A stretch of 60,040 bases of DNA, filler included, from Actinomycetota bacterium (GCA_013152275.1; 3 parts of 3 records of this genome joined end to end with filler, not necessarily neighbours in it); one strand, 5' to 3'. Shown: positions 28,722 through 37,747, counted from the first letter of the whole stretch. Translations and numbers: made by a program. Notes: generated from the sequence alone by a model not told the origin.

Positions 28722-29462
28722 GTGAACAGACGCGGTGACGCCTTCGATATCTTGTCGTCTCATGACCCTGTCGACGAGACGCGCCTTGATGATCATCGCA
28801 GCCCTCACGCCCGGCGTCTGTTCGCCTCCATCGTTTCGCAACCTCGCCGTCCGGTACGCACCAGGCGTCGCTATTGGAGGATCGCCGGGATCGCGGTCGC
28901 CGCGCTTGCGGTCATCGCGGCCGCCTGGATCACCCTTCGGCCGATCTCTACGCCGACCGCGATCGGCTGCTACCGGTCGCCGAGCCTCGATAGCGACGTG
29001 GTGGCGGTCGAATCCGGCGGGACCCTCGACCCGTCGGTGTGCACCCCGATTTGGCGGTACGGTCCACTCGTCAACACCGACATCGTCCCGGCCGGATCCG
29101 TTCCCCCATTTGTCGGCTGTGTCACCGACACGGGAAGCCTCGCCGTGTTCCCCTCCGACGACCCCAACCTGTGCGGACAGCTTGGCCTCGCCGTCCCCGA
29201 TGAACAGTCCAAGAGCCCCGGCGAGACCGTCCGACACCTCCAAGACACTCTCGACGCCTACTTCGCAACCCACCACTGCGTACCGCTCGACGAAGCCCAC
29301 AACGCCATCGAAGACATCCTCGCCGCCCAAGGACTCTCCGACTGGACCATCCAAGCCGAACCCCCACGATCCGACCGGCCGTGTACCAGCTTCGGCCTCG
29401 ACCCCCAACACACCACCATTCACCTCGTCCCCATCCAAGAACTCGGCCAGCCCAGCAGCTGA
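28722..29462 (+). CDS. Membrane-anchored Cys-rich protein, probable anti-sigma factor
   Basis: Directly follows the ECF gene; short cytoplasmic N-terminus, one TM, extracellular domain with 6 Cys; GGAGGAGG RBS. Confidence 0.65.
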   Translation: MNRRGDAFDILSSHDPVDETRLDDHRSPHARRLFASIVSQPRRPVRTRRRYWRIAGIAVAALAVIAAAWITLRPISTPTAIGCYRSPSLDSDVVAVESGGTLDPSVCTPIWRYGPLVNTDIVPAGSVPPFVGCVTDTGSLAVFPSDDPNLCGQLGLAVPDEQSKSPGETVRHLQDTLDAYFATHHCVPLDEAHNAIEDILAAQGLSDWTIQAEPPRSDRPCTSFGLDPQHTTIHLVPIQELGQPSS

Positions 29463-29667
29463 CACCTAGGTCAGATGCCGGTGCCATCGCAACCCCATGC
29501 CTGATCGGAGACCCGAGACCGACCGGCATGCGAACCCAGTCATGCAGCGAGGCACGCGCGCGACCTCCAGCGAATACCGGACACAGAGAGGGTGACATCT
29601 CATGTGGGACCGCCCAAGAAGGGAGGGATGCCGTCGGACGGGAGCGTCATGAAGGTGCATCTAGTAG

Positions 29668-30119
29668 TGGGGAACCCTCAGGACATCCCTAACGGTTCGT
29701 AAGCGGTTTAGGACCCTCAGCACATCGCTCACATATGGCGGAGGAGGCTGTGGGCTGCTGGGGGGTAGTAGGGCTGGGTGATGGTGTGGTTGATGGGGTA
29801 GTCGAAGTGGGTGATGGGTTCGCCTTGGTAGCGGATCTCGATGGTTTTGTTGCTGGTGGTGATCGTTGCAGTGACGAGTGCTCCTTTCTCGATAGGCCGT
29901 CCGGTTGGTTGACAGCGGTGTGTCGGTGACTGAGGCTGCTCGCCGTGTCGGCCCGTCGAGGTGGTGGGTGCACCCGTGGCAGACTCACGGCGTCTCTCAA
30001 TCTCAGACCCGAACCCCGAACCAAACACCGCAAGAACCTCCCACATCGCTGGGAAGATTCTCCAACGTGTTAGGGACGTGATGAGGGAAAAGTGTTAGGG
30101 ATGTCCTGAGGGTTCTCCA
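29668..30119. mobile_element. 452-bp non-autonomous IS derivative (MITE / internally deleted IS, IS481-like ends)
   Basis: 26-bp terminal IRs with one mismatch (TGGGGAACCCTCAGGACATCCCTAAC ... GTTAGGGATGTCCTGAGGGTTCTCCA), TG..CA ends, flanking GTAG direct repeat, subterminal IR-like repeats. Confidence 0.8.
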
Positions 30120-30155
30120 GTAGTACTTAGAACGAAGAGCGGAAAGGAGAATAGT

Positions 30156-31164
30156 GTGAAGCCCGTGATGGTTGTCGCACTGGCATTGGCCATGATCGTG
30201 GCTTCGAGCGTTCCTGCTGTCGGCGAGGATCCGGCAATCCCGCAGACTCCCACATTGGTGCAGCGTGTCGCGGTGGAGTCAGGCTATCCGGACGTGGTCT
30301 ACGATCTCACTACTGGCTCGTGGGGTCGATGAGGTGACGATGCCTATTGGCCCGTCGGGTTCCAGCAAGGTTGTTCTGCGGTACGAGGGAAGCGATGGAG
30401 ACACCAAGGGTGTTGTCTCGGCCGGGGGCGTTGTCTCGCCCGACTGGTACATCGGCTTCGGCTGGTACATCTACTTCTACATCGGCCCGCAGGATTGGGG
30501 TTGGTTTACTGGTCTGGCCCTGCCGGCACTGTCCGTGTTCATCTGCGGGGTATTGGAGGCTGGCGGGATCTCGGGAGTCGTGTGTGGCTTGATCGCCGTG
30601 GCGCTGATCTACGTCTTCGCTACATATGCGGCGCCTCCCCCGGCGTACTGTAAGGAGATCAAGTTCAACCACGTGGGCACCCTGAGAAGCGTCAAGAACG
30701 TGCAGATGTCTTGCTGGCAGGAGCGAACGTTGTCTCGTAGGCTCTTTAGGCGTTGGCGGCCCGGCGAGGTACTGGCCCTCGGCGGAGTTGTATTGCTGGT
30801 CTTCGTCGGGATCGGGTGGGTGCTGATGCGCGTGTTCACGCCTACTGTCGCCGCCGACTCGTCGCGACAGTTCTTGACCGGCAGTTTCGCGACGTTCGCT
30901 GTGCTCGAGACGGTTGCGTGGCTGGATCTGCGCCGGATTGTCCGGAGACCTTCAAGAGGTAGATTGCTGTTCTCGGTTGGTCTTGGCATGCTGATCAGCG
31001 AGGGCGTGCTCTTCGCTGGTGCAGCGCTGGTCTTTCCTGACAGCTCTGCATCGGTCGTGGAGTTTGTGACTCGCGCGGTGTGGGTGCCACTGGCCACGCT
31101 GACTGTCGGGGTGGTCGTTGTGATTGCGAAGAGTCATGGGTCATCCGAGGTGGGTGGCACTTGA
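30156..31164 (+). pseudogene. Frameshifted secreted hydrophobic Cys-containing protein, apparently read through into a 4-TM membrane protein (30730-31164)
   Basis: AAGGAG RBS + GTG 30156 signal peptide MKPVMVVALALAMIVASSVPA stops at 30332; coding continues in the +1 frame; internal CAGGAG + TTG at 30730. Confidence 0.55.
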
Positions 31165-31173
31165 CCGACGGGG

Positions 31174-31880
31174 CCCCCTTCGGCTGACGGTGTGATTGCT
31201 TCCGCAGCAAGGTGGACCAGATATGCGGAAGGAGTGGTCGCCGCGGAACGTGCTTCTCAGTGCCAGCCCCCATGTGTGCACACTGCGCATTCGGCACCAT
31301 CAGACAGATAGGGGAGGAGTGAATGAAGAGCCGTCACTTGAGACTGGTGGTCCTGCTCGTCGTTGTTTTTCTGGTCGGCGCCGCATGCACCCCGACCGAC
31401 TCCACCAAGCCGGTTCCTGCGATGACAGCCGCACTCTCGGTGGAGCTGCAGGCAAGAACGTTCATGCGGGCCTGTCAGGACGTTATCTGTGCTGGCGCAC
31501 CCATCCTGGCTCCAGACACCACCGAACAAGCAGTACGGGATGCCATCAGAGGATTCACCGACGAGGTCCAATACGTCGACATGTCCAAGCTTGGTGATTT
31601 GACCGGCCCGGATGGTCGATTCGACGGCGGCGCGATTCTGATTGGAGTCGGCACGGTCCACAGCACCGAACGAGACGACGTGGTAGGGGTCGATGTGTCG
31701 CTCTTGCGAGGATTCAACCAATTCAGAGGGCGAACGTATCTGTTCTTGTGGGACGGAACCGAATGGGTAGACACGTCACCTGATGCTGTAGATGTCACCG
31801 TGACTTCCTCGGTCTCCTGACGCGCACCGGCCTCAGATCGTCGAAACTTGACATCCCATCACACCCTCAGCCGAAGGGGG
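31174..31880. mobile_element. 707-bp IR-bounded cassette with 7-bp target duplication and no transposase
   Basis: CCCCCTTCGGCTGACGGTGTGAT (31174-31196) inverted to ATCACACCCTCAGCCGAAGGGGG (31858-31880), 22/23; GACGGGG at 31167-31173 and 31881-31887. Confidence 0.65.
31323..31820 (+). CDS. Hypothetical lipoprotein
   Basis: GGAGGAG RBS, signal peptide with GAAC lipobox. Confidence 0.75.
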   Translation: MKSRHLRLVVLLVVVFLVGAACTPTDSTKPVPAMTAALSVELQARTFMRACQDVICAGAPILAPDTTEQAVRDAIRGFTDEVQYVDMSKLGDLTGPDGRFDGGAILIGVGTVHSTERDDVVGVDVSLLRGFNQFRGRTYLFLWDGTEWVDTSPDAVDVTVTSSVS

Positions 31881-31923
31881 GACGGGGCATACTGCAAGAG
31901 TGTCCTCTAACCAGGTGCAGAGC

Positions 31924-32496
31924 ATGCTGCGGAGCGTTGGCGCCGTTTACCTTCTCTTGATACTCGCGACGGTGACGGCCTGTAGCCGACCAGATGAATC
32001 GCCGGCAGCACGTGTCGGCACGAACGCTGGGGCCACCGAGGATTCGATTTCTCGGTGGCCCCCGGTATCGATGCTTCCTGATGAGTTCTTCCCGCTAGTG
32101 GTCGAGTGCCTGCAGGACAACGGCTATGCGGTAACGCTGGGACCCGACTACTCGCTGTCTGAGGCCGGCGGCTCGTACGAGAACAGAGGGGCGCTCAAGG
32201 AGACGTTCGATGAATGCGCGCAGCAGATCGATCCCAGCTACCTGGAGGATCCACCCCCATTCACTGAAGCGCAGCTGAAGGCACTGTACGACTATGTCAA
32301 TGCGCAGGTAACGTGCTAGGTGGAGCTCGGCTATCCCCAGGCGAAGGTGCCATCGTTCGACCGGTTCTCGAGCGATCTCAGAGGACGATTCGATCGTGTC
32401 GGGGCACTCGTCGAGGACTTCGGTGTTCGTCCAAGCGATGCGGATATGGTGACCTGTCGACAACGGGACAAGCCGGCATGGTTCGTGGCACCGTGA
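31924..32496 (+). pseudogene. Lipoprotein with paired CLxxxG repeats, interrupted by TAG at 32317-32319
   Basis: Lipobox VTAC; the frame continues C*VELGYPQAKVPSFDRF..., matching CLIDHGFHPSEPPSEEEY in the next gene. Confidence 0.65.
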
Positions 32497-32507
32497 GCAG
32501 CGTTGCG

Positions 32508-33209
32508 ATGGGACGGGCAGCGCGTGTGGCTGTTGCCGCGGTGGTGCTCATCTTGGCCGGGTGTGGAGGAACGGCTGACGTTTCCGCGATCTCTGGAGTG
32601 ACCCCGTCCACTGTGTTGGTGACTTCGACGATCGACCTGGGAACGACTGAGACCACGGGAGGGGTAGTGGTGTCAGGGTGGGCGCCGCCGCCGGTGCCGC
32701 TGCCGTCGTCCCCGGAGTATCGGGAGAAGCTCGGCCCGTACGCGGACATGCTGCTTCGCGGAGGGGTCGTCCCATGGGGCAGTGAGGAGCACGCGTCGTA
32801 CATTGTGTCGTGTCTCGAGTCGGCGGGATTCGATGCCACTGTTGGGTCGGAGGCGGGCCTTTTCACCTATGAAGTGTCGGCCGGCGAACAGACCGAGCGT
32901 CTTCGGCAGGTGCAGGCTGCGTGTGAGGAGGCGGTGATCGACTCGGGACTCGTGACGTATCCCATGGCTGCGTCAAAGGAGGAACTGGGCGTTCGTTATC
33001 GGGCGGACTTGACCATCGATCGGTGTTTGATCGATCACGGGTTTCATCCGTCGGAGCCACCATCGGAGGAGGAGTACATCGAGAGCGGAGGGTCGTGGGA
33101 TCCCTTTGGTGACCTGTCCACTCAGGAGTACTCCGATGCAGGAGAGGTCTGCACCCGGAATCTGGTGACGATCCTCGAACAGATGGTCGCCGACGGCGAG
33201 ACTCCCTGA
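32508..33209 (+). CDS. Hypothetical lipoprotein with paired CLxxxG repeats
   Basis: Lipobox LAGC; CLESAG..C / CLIDHG..WDPF..C. Confidence 0.75.
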   Translation: MGRAARVAVAAVVLILAGCGGTADVSAISGVTPSTVLVTSTIDLGTTETTGGVVVSGWAPPPVPLPSSPEYREKLGPYADMLLRGGVVPWGSEEHASYIVSCLESAGFDATVGSEAGLFTYEVSAGEQTERLRQVQAACEEAVIDSGLVTYPMAASKEELGVRYRADLTIDRCLIDHGFHPSEPPSEEEYIESGGSWDPFGDLSTQEYSDAGEVCTRNLVTILEQMVADGETP

Positions 33210-33378
33210 AAGCTCTCTGACAACACGCCGAGCTTCTTGACGCCATCGTGCTCTCTCGCCCGCCCCGATATCCTCGAATACCTACGATGCCACGACAGCC
33301 GATAGCGACCGACGCTGCCCGGCCCTGAGCGTTTTCATCCCGGCGAAGCCACACAAGGTGCGGTGACGACCGAAAGCT

Positions 33379-33897
33379 TCATTCGGTGTGCCAGACCAGG
33401 TTGCCGTGGCAGTGCTTGTACTTGAGACCCGACCCGCACGGGCAGCGTTCGTTACGCCCCACCTTCGTCCGATCAGCTGCGGGTCGAGCAGCCAGCTTCG
33501 CCGTCATCTCTGCCCGGTACCCCCGGACCCCCAGCTCACCTTCCCAGCCACGGAGGCGCTCACTCCATCCCCGCGACCGTTTCTCTGCCGCCTCCACACG
33601 GGCCTCTCGGCGAGCGACCTCCGCCTCCCGTCGCGTCAACTCCTCTTCGGCCTGCTGGGCCAATACCGGCGAGCCATCACCGCCGGAGTCACCGAACACG
33701 CTCACCAGCTCACGGTCAATGAGCATCACGATCGCCCGGCCCATCGAGACACGAGCCGAGTCGCAGTAGCGTTTCCACGTCGACCACTTCGCCATGGTCA
33801 CCGGTACCCGCACCATCCGGTACGTCTCGTCCTGCCCGAGGCCTGCGAGTAGCTTCCTGTCGATCCTCGTCAGGACACCACGGTCGAGATCCATCAC
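33379..33897 (-). CDS. SEC-C zinc-binding domain protein with RHH-like N-terminus and coiled coil
   Basis: C-terminal [22 protein letters not shown]-terminal [27 protein letters not shown]. Confidence 0.75.
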   Translation of the reverse strand: MMDLDRGVLTRIDRKLLAGLGQDETYRMVRVPVTMAKWSTWKRYCDSARVSMGRAIVMLIDRELVSVFGDSGGDGSPVLAQQAEEELTRREAEVARREARVEAAEKRSRGWSERLRGWEGELGVRGYRAEMTAKLAARPAADRTKVGRNERCPCGSGLKYKHCHGNLVWHTE

Positions 33898-33906
33898 GAC
33901 CTCACC

Positions 33907-33922
33907 TGTCTACATGTAGACA
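33907..33922. promoter_or_regulatory. Perfect 16-bp palindrome, candidate operator
   Basis: TGTCTACATGTAGACA, 9 nt upstream of the SEC-C gene start. Confidence 0.55.
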
Positions 33923-34426
33923 TCAGGCAACTTGTTGCATGTGCGTGTGGTGTTGAAAGGGTTCTGTGCGCGAGTCGCGCTTGTGGCCTGCGATGTCTGT
34001 CGGGTCGGGTCCTCGTGTTGCAGGATCGTTGGTGGGTGTTGCATCGGGTGGTCCTTTCGCTTCAGGTTCGGTTCTTCAGGTTCGGTTCTTTCAGCTTTGC
34101 TGTCGATCGGCCGGCTGGCTTCCCGTGATGGGCGTTGTGACCTTCCGGTTGATTCGTGGTTCCGGTCGTCCCTCCGTGCATGGCAAGCGTTCTGAGCCGC
34201 CGACAGCCCAACCGAGCGACAGAATCTCTTTTTTTTGTCCCCTCTGTCCTCCAAGCGCTGGTCGCACAGGGGATCTCACGGCCTCTCCTGGCCGTCTGGC
34301 AGGACGATGGGGCGGATCCGCCGACCTGGCGAGCGTCGCTTCGTCTCACAGCGGATCGGTTGAGGCGAATGGCTGGGGACATTGCCAAGATCTTTACCGC
34401 CAACCCTGTCGCTGCGATGTCAGCAA

Positions 34427-34583
34427 CCCTCCAATTCGACGCTCATTGACGAGGCCTGGCATCCCACCCTCTCACCAGAGTGTTATCAGAGTGTCAGTAG
34501 CCCTCCAATTGGACGCTCATTGACGAGACGAGCATCCCACCCTCTCACCAGAGTGTTATCAGAGTCTCCGTAACCCTCTCAAC
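34427..34583 (+). repeat. Non-coding 73-74-bp tandem duplication (two units plus a short partial)
   Basis: CCCTCCAATT..GACGCTCATTGACGAG..GCATCCCACCCTCTCACCAGAGTGTTATCAGAGT at 34427 and 34501. Confidence 0.9.
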
Positions 34584-34704
34584 CTGATCTTTTCGGCCCG
34601 GCTGCTCCCCCACCGCCCCTCCGACGTTTCGGGCGGACACGGAAGGGCGGTGTCGACTCGTAGGCGGGTCGTGACAGGGTGGTTGGCATTCTGGTGACAG
34701 GGTC

Positions 34705-34920
34705 ATGCCGCAGCCTGAGGGTATGGAAGCGAATGGCGAGGCGGGTATCGGCCGGCTGGCGAGGACACCGGTCAGGGTCATCATTGATGCGCCGGGACCT
34801 CCGATCCTCAACGAGGCTGCAGCCGCGGTGCTGCTGCGCATCCTGCTACGCGCAGCGAAGCAGCATGCCGGGGCGAATGTCGCACACCTGTCCGCTTCTG
34901 CGGTACGCTCGGTTTCGTGA
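34705..34920 (+). CDS. Small hypothetical protein coupled to the recombinase
   Basis: 71-aa ORF whose stop overlaps the recombinase start; PPILNEAAAAVLLRILL helix. Confidence 0.45.
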   Translation: MPQPEGMEANGEAGIGRLARTPVRVIIDAPGPPILNEAAAAVLLRILLRAAKQHAGANVAHLSASAVRSVS

Positions 34921-36551
34921 TGCGGTTCGCGTTCTACGGCAGGGTCTCCACCGAAGATCAACAAGACCCCGAATCGTCACGCAAGCTCGCCCGGTCCCGC
35001 CAACTCATCGAACCGACCGACGGTGTCATCGTCGCCGAGTTCTTCGATGTGGGTCAGTCCCGCTCCCTCCCCTGGTCACGCCGCCCCCAAGCCTCCAAAC
35101 TGCTCCAGACGCTCGCCGATCCGGACCGGGGGTTCGACGCGGTGGTGATCGGTGAACCCCAGCGGGCGTTCTACGGCAACCAGTTCGGGCTCACGTTCCC
35201 CGTCTTCGTGCACTACGGGGTCGGCCTGTGGGTCCCCGAAGTCGGAGGTGCGGTCGACCCTGGCTCTGACGCGCATGAGATCGTCATGAACCTGTATGGG
35301 GGGATGAGCAAAGGGGAACGGAACCGTATCAAAACTCGGGTCCGTACCGCGATGGCCGCCCAGGCCGCCATCGAAGGCCGCTTCCTCGGCGGACGGCCAC
35401 CCTACGGCTACCAACTCGCCGACGCCGGACCGCATCCCAACCCCGCCAAAGCCGCCGCCGGCCAGACGCTGAAGAAGCTCGAGCCGAACCCGCTCACGGC
35501 CCCTGTCGTCGAGCGTATCTTCACCCAGTTCCTTACCGGCAAGGGGATTCATGCCATCGCCCGCGATCTCACCGGCGAAGACATCCCGTGTCCCTCGGCT
35601 GCCGACCCCGAACGTAACCGTCACCGACTGGCCGCGACATGGCAGCCGACCGCGGTTCGAGCCATTCTCGACAATCCCCGCTACACCGGATATCAGGTGT
35701 GGAACCGCCAACGCCGCGACGAGGTCCTCGTCGATGTTCACGACGTCGGCCTGGGCCACGAGACCCGCATGCGTCGCAACGACCCAACCGAGTGGATCTG
35801 GTCGAAAGAACTCTCCCATGAACCGCTCATCACCTGTGAACAGTGGGATGAAGTCCAGGAGCGGTTCCGCAAGAGTCGACGTGCCTCCACTCGTAAACCC
35901 AAACCGGGCAGGCGCTACCTGCTTGCCGGTCGGATCCGATGCGGTCAGTGTGGCCGACGTATGGAAGGCGCCTGGAACCATGACCGCCCCTACTACCGCT
36001 GCCAGGTCCACCGAGACGACAAGGCCCACCGCAATGGGCATTCCGCCACCATCTATGTGAGGGAAGAAGCCCTACTCCCCGGCCTCGACGAATGGCTCGG
36101 GGAACTCTTCGACGCCCACCACCTCGACGACACCTGCCAGACCCTCGCTGAGGCCGCCCAACCCGACCCGGACGACCAAGCCCGACACGACAAGATCCGC
36201 AAACGGATCGCCAAGCTCGACCGCGAACTCGACGGCTACCGCAGCATCGTCCGTAACGAGCCCGAAGCAGCAGCAACCGTGGGACGATGGATCGCCGAGA
36301 CCGCTCAGGAACGTCGGCGCCTCGCAACAGTCCTCGGCGTCAAAGCCTCCACCCGGCTCACCAAAGACGACATCAAAGCCCTGATCGCCAGCCTGCAAGA
36401 CATCACCGCGACACTCGCTGCCGCCGACCCCACAGACAAAGCCGCCGTCTACGAAGAGATGGGAATCGACGTCACCTACCACCAAGACGGCCGAGTCCTG
36501 GTCGAGTCGAGACCCCGTGTAGTCAACGATGGTGTCGGAGGGGGGACTTGA
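34920..36551 (+). CDS. Large serine recombinase (integrase)
   Basis: FYGRVSTEDQQ catalytic Ser, GGRPPYGY, ILDNPRYTG, Zn ribbon LAGRIRCGQCG..YYRC, coiled coil; last codons (GVGGGT*) lie antisense to the tRNA 3' end. Confidence 0.95.
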   Translation: MRFAFYGRVSTEDQQDPESSRKLARSRQLIEPTDGVIVAEFFDVGQSRSLPWSRRPQASKLLQTLADPDRGFDAVVIGEPQRAFYGNQFGLTFPVFVHYGVGLWVPEVGGAVDPGSDAHEIVMNLYGGMSKGERNRIKTRVRTAMAAQAAIEGRFLGGRPPYGYQLADAGPHPNPAKAAAGQTLKKLEPNPLTAPVVERIFTQFLTGKGIHAIARDLTGEDIPCPSAADPERNRHRLAATWQPTAVRAILDNPRYTGYQVWNRQRRDEVLVDVHDVGLGHETRMRRNDPTEWIWSKELSHEPLITCEQWDEVQERFRKSRRASTRKPKPGRRYLLAGRIRCGQCGRRMEGAWNHDRPYYRCQVHRDDKAHRNGHSATIYVREEALLPGLDEWLGELFDAHHLDDTCQTLAEAAQPDPDDQARHDKIRKRIAKLDRELDGYRSIVRNEPEAAATVGRWIAETAQERRRLATVLGVKASTRLTKDDIKALIASLQDITATLAAADPTDKAAVYEEMGIDVTYHQDGRVLVESRPRVVNDGVGGGT

Positions 36552-36617
36552 ACCCCCACGTCCTATTCGGACACTAGGCCCTCAACCTAGCGCGTCTGCC
36601 TATTCCGCCACTCCGAC
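36530..36617 (-). tRNA. tRNA-Leu (anticodon GAG), CCA encoded
   Basis: GTCGGAG/CTCCGAC acceptor stem, D-arm TGGCGGAATAGGCAGACGCG, CTAGG-TTGAGGG-CCTAG, long variable arm, GGTTCAAGTCC. Confidence 0.97.
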
Positions 36618-36639
36618 ACGTGAGTATACCGTTGCGTGA

Positions 36640-36879
36640 TCAGCCGAAGATGAACGTCAGTGTGACCGTTGTGATCGTGAAGATGATGGCCGAACCCACC
36701 GTGAGCCGGTCGAGGTTTCGTTCCACAACGGTAGAACCCGACATCGCAGAGGGTCCCATTCCACCACCGAACATGTCTGAGAGCCCCCCGCCCCGCCCCG
36801 CGTGAAGCAGGATGAACACGACGAGCGCGAGTGACACGATCACGTGGATGACGACGGTGACGACAGTAAGGATTTGCAT
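36640..36879 (-). CDS. secG: Preprotein translocase subunit SecG
   Basis: ILLHAGRGGGLSDMFGGG..ERNLDRLT; two TM. Confidence 0.95.
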   Translation of the reverse strand: MQILTVVTVVIHVIVSLALVVFILLHAGRGGGLSDMFGGGMGPSAMSGSTVVERNLDRLTVGSAIIFTITTVTLTFIFG

Positions 36880-36963
36880 GGATTCTCCAAGTCGAAGCGA
36901 CACGGCCGTGTCGCGCCGGTAAGTATGCCGGGATCAGCCATCCTAGGTCAAGTTGGAGCTTTC

Positions 36964-37713
36964 TCAACCGGCCTGTTTGGCGACCTCCTCTGCGGCACGC
37001 TTTGCTGCCTCAGGATCTCCCAAGTAGAAACTGTCGACCTTTCGCAGGTCCTCGTCGAGATGGTAGACAAGCGGGATTCCCGTGGGGATGTTCAGTGACG
37101 CTATCTGTTCATCTGTGATCTGATCGAGGTGTTTGACGAGGGCGCGCAGGCTGTTGCCGTGTGCAACGATGAGCACCAGCTTTCCGCTCCGAAGATCCGG
37201 GACGATCTGATCGGACCAATACGGCATCATCCGTTCAACGACATCCTTGAGGCATTCAGTCGCCGGAAGCACATAGGGATCCAGATCCGCATACCTTCGG
37301 TCATGGGATGGGTGCCGGTCGTCGTCCAAGCCAAGCGGAGGGGGTGGCACGTCATAGGAGCGTCGCCACTGGAACACCTGGTCTTTGCCGAGACGCTCGG
37401 CTGTTTCTTTCTTGTTGAGGCCCTGCAGCGATCCATAGTGCCGCTCGTTGAGTCGCCAGTGTCGCTTTACGGGGAGCCACGACAGGCCCATCTCGTCCAG
37501 CGCGAGATTGGCGGTCTGGATGGCCCGCCATAGCAGGGACGTGTGCACGACATCGAACCTATATCCTTCTTTCGCCATCAACTTGCCAGACTCCACTGCT
37601 TCAGCAGTCCCTCTGTCTGACAGGGGCACATCGGTCCAGCCGGTGAACTTGTTCTCCTTGTTCCAGGTACTCTCGCCATGGCGAAGCAGCACGAGAGTGT
37701 ACGGTGCGTTCAT
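36964..37713 (-). CDS. gpmA: 2,3-bisphosphoglycerate-dependent phosphoglycerate mutase
   Basis: [34 protein letters not shown]. Confidence 0.97.
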   Translation of the reverse strand: MNAPYTLVLLRHGESTWNKENKFTGWTDVPLSDRGTAEAVESGKLMAKEGYRFDVVHTSLLWRAIQTANLALDEMGLSWLPVKRHWRLNERHYGSLQGLNKKETAERLGKDQVFQWRRSYDVPPPPLGLDDDRHPSHDRRYADLDPYVLPATECLKDVVERMMPYWSDQIVPDLRSGKLVLIVAHGNSLRALVKHLDQITDEQIASLNIPTGIPLVYHLDEDLRKVDSFYLGDPEAAKRAAEEVAKQAG

Positions 37714-37747
37714 ATCGTTCCTCGTCCGGTTTGGTAAGGACATCGGA

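Larger units (their letters stand above)
25439..36551. mobile_element. Genomic island integrated at the 3' end of tRNA-Leu (left end beyond the contig edge)
   Basis: Large serine recombinase abutting the tRNA; accessory, partly pseudogenised cargo; MITE; core genes resume after the tRNA. Confidence 0.8.

Noticed and set aside
32317..32319. In-frame TAG as pyrrolysine recoding
   Set aside because: It aligns with a conserved Leu (one change from TTG), lies in a decaying island, and no pyl genes are seen; a nonsense mutation or sequencing error is simpler
34427..34583. 74-bp periodic repeat as a CRISPR array
   Set aside because: The whole unit is duplicated; there are no unique spacers
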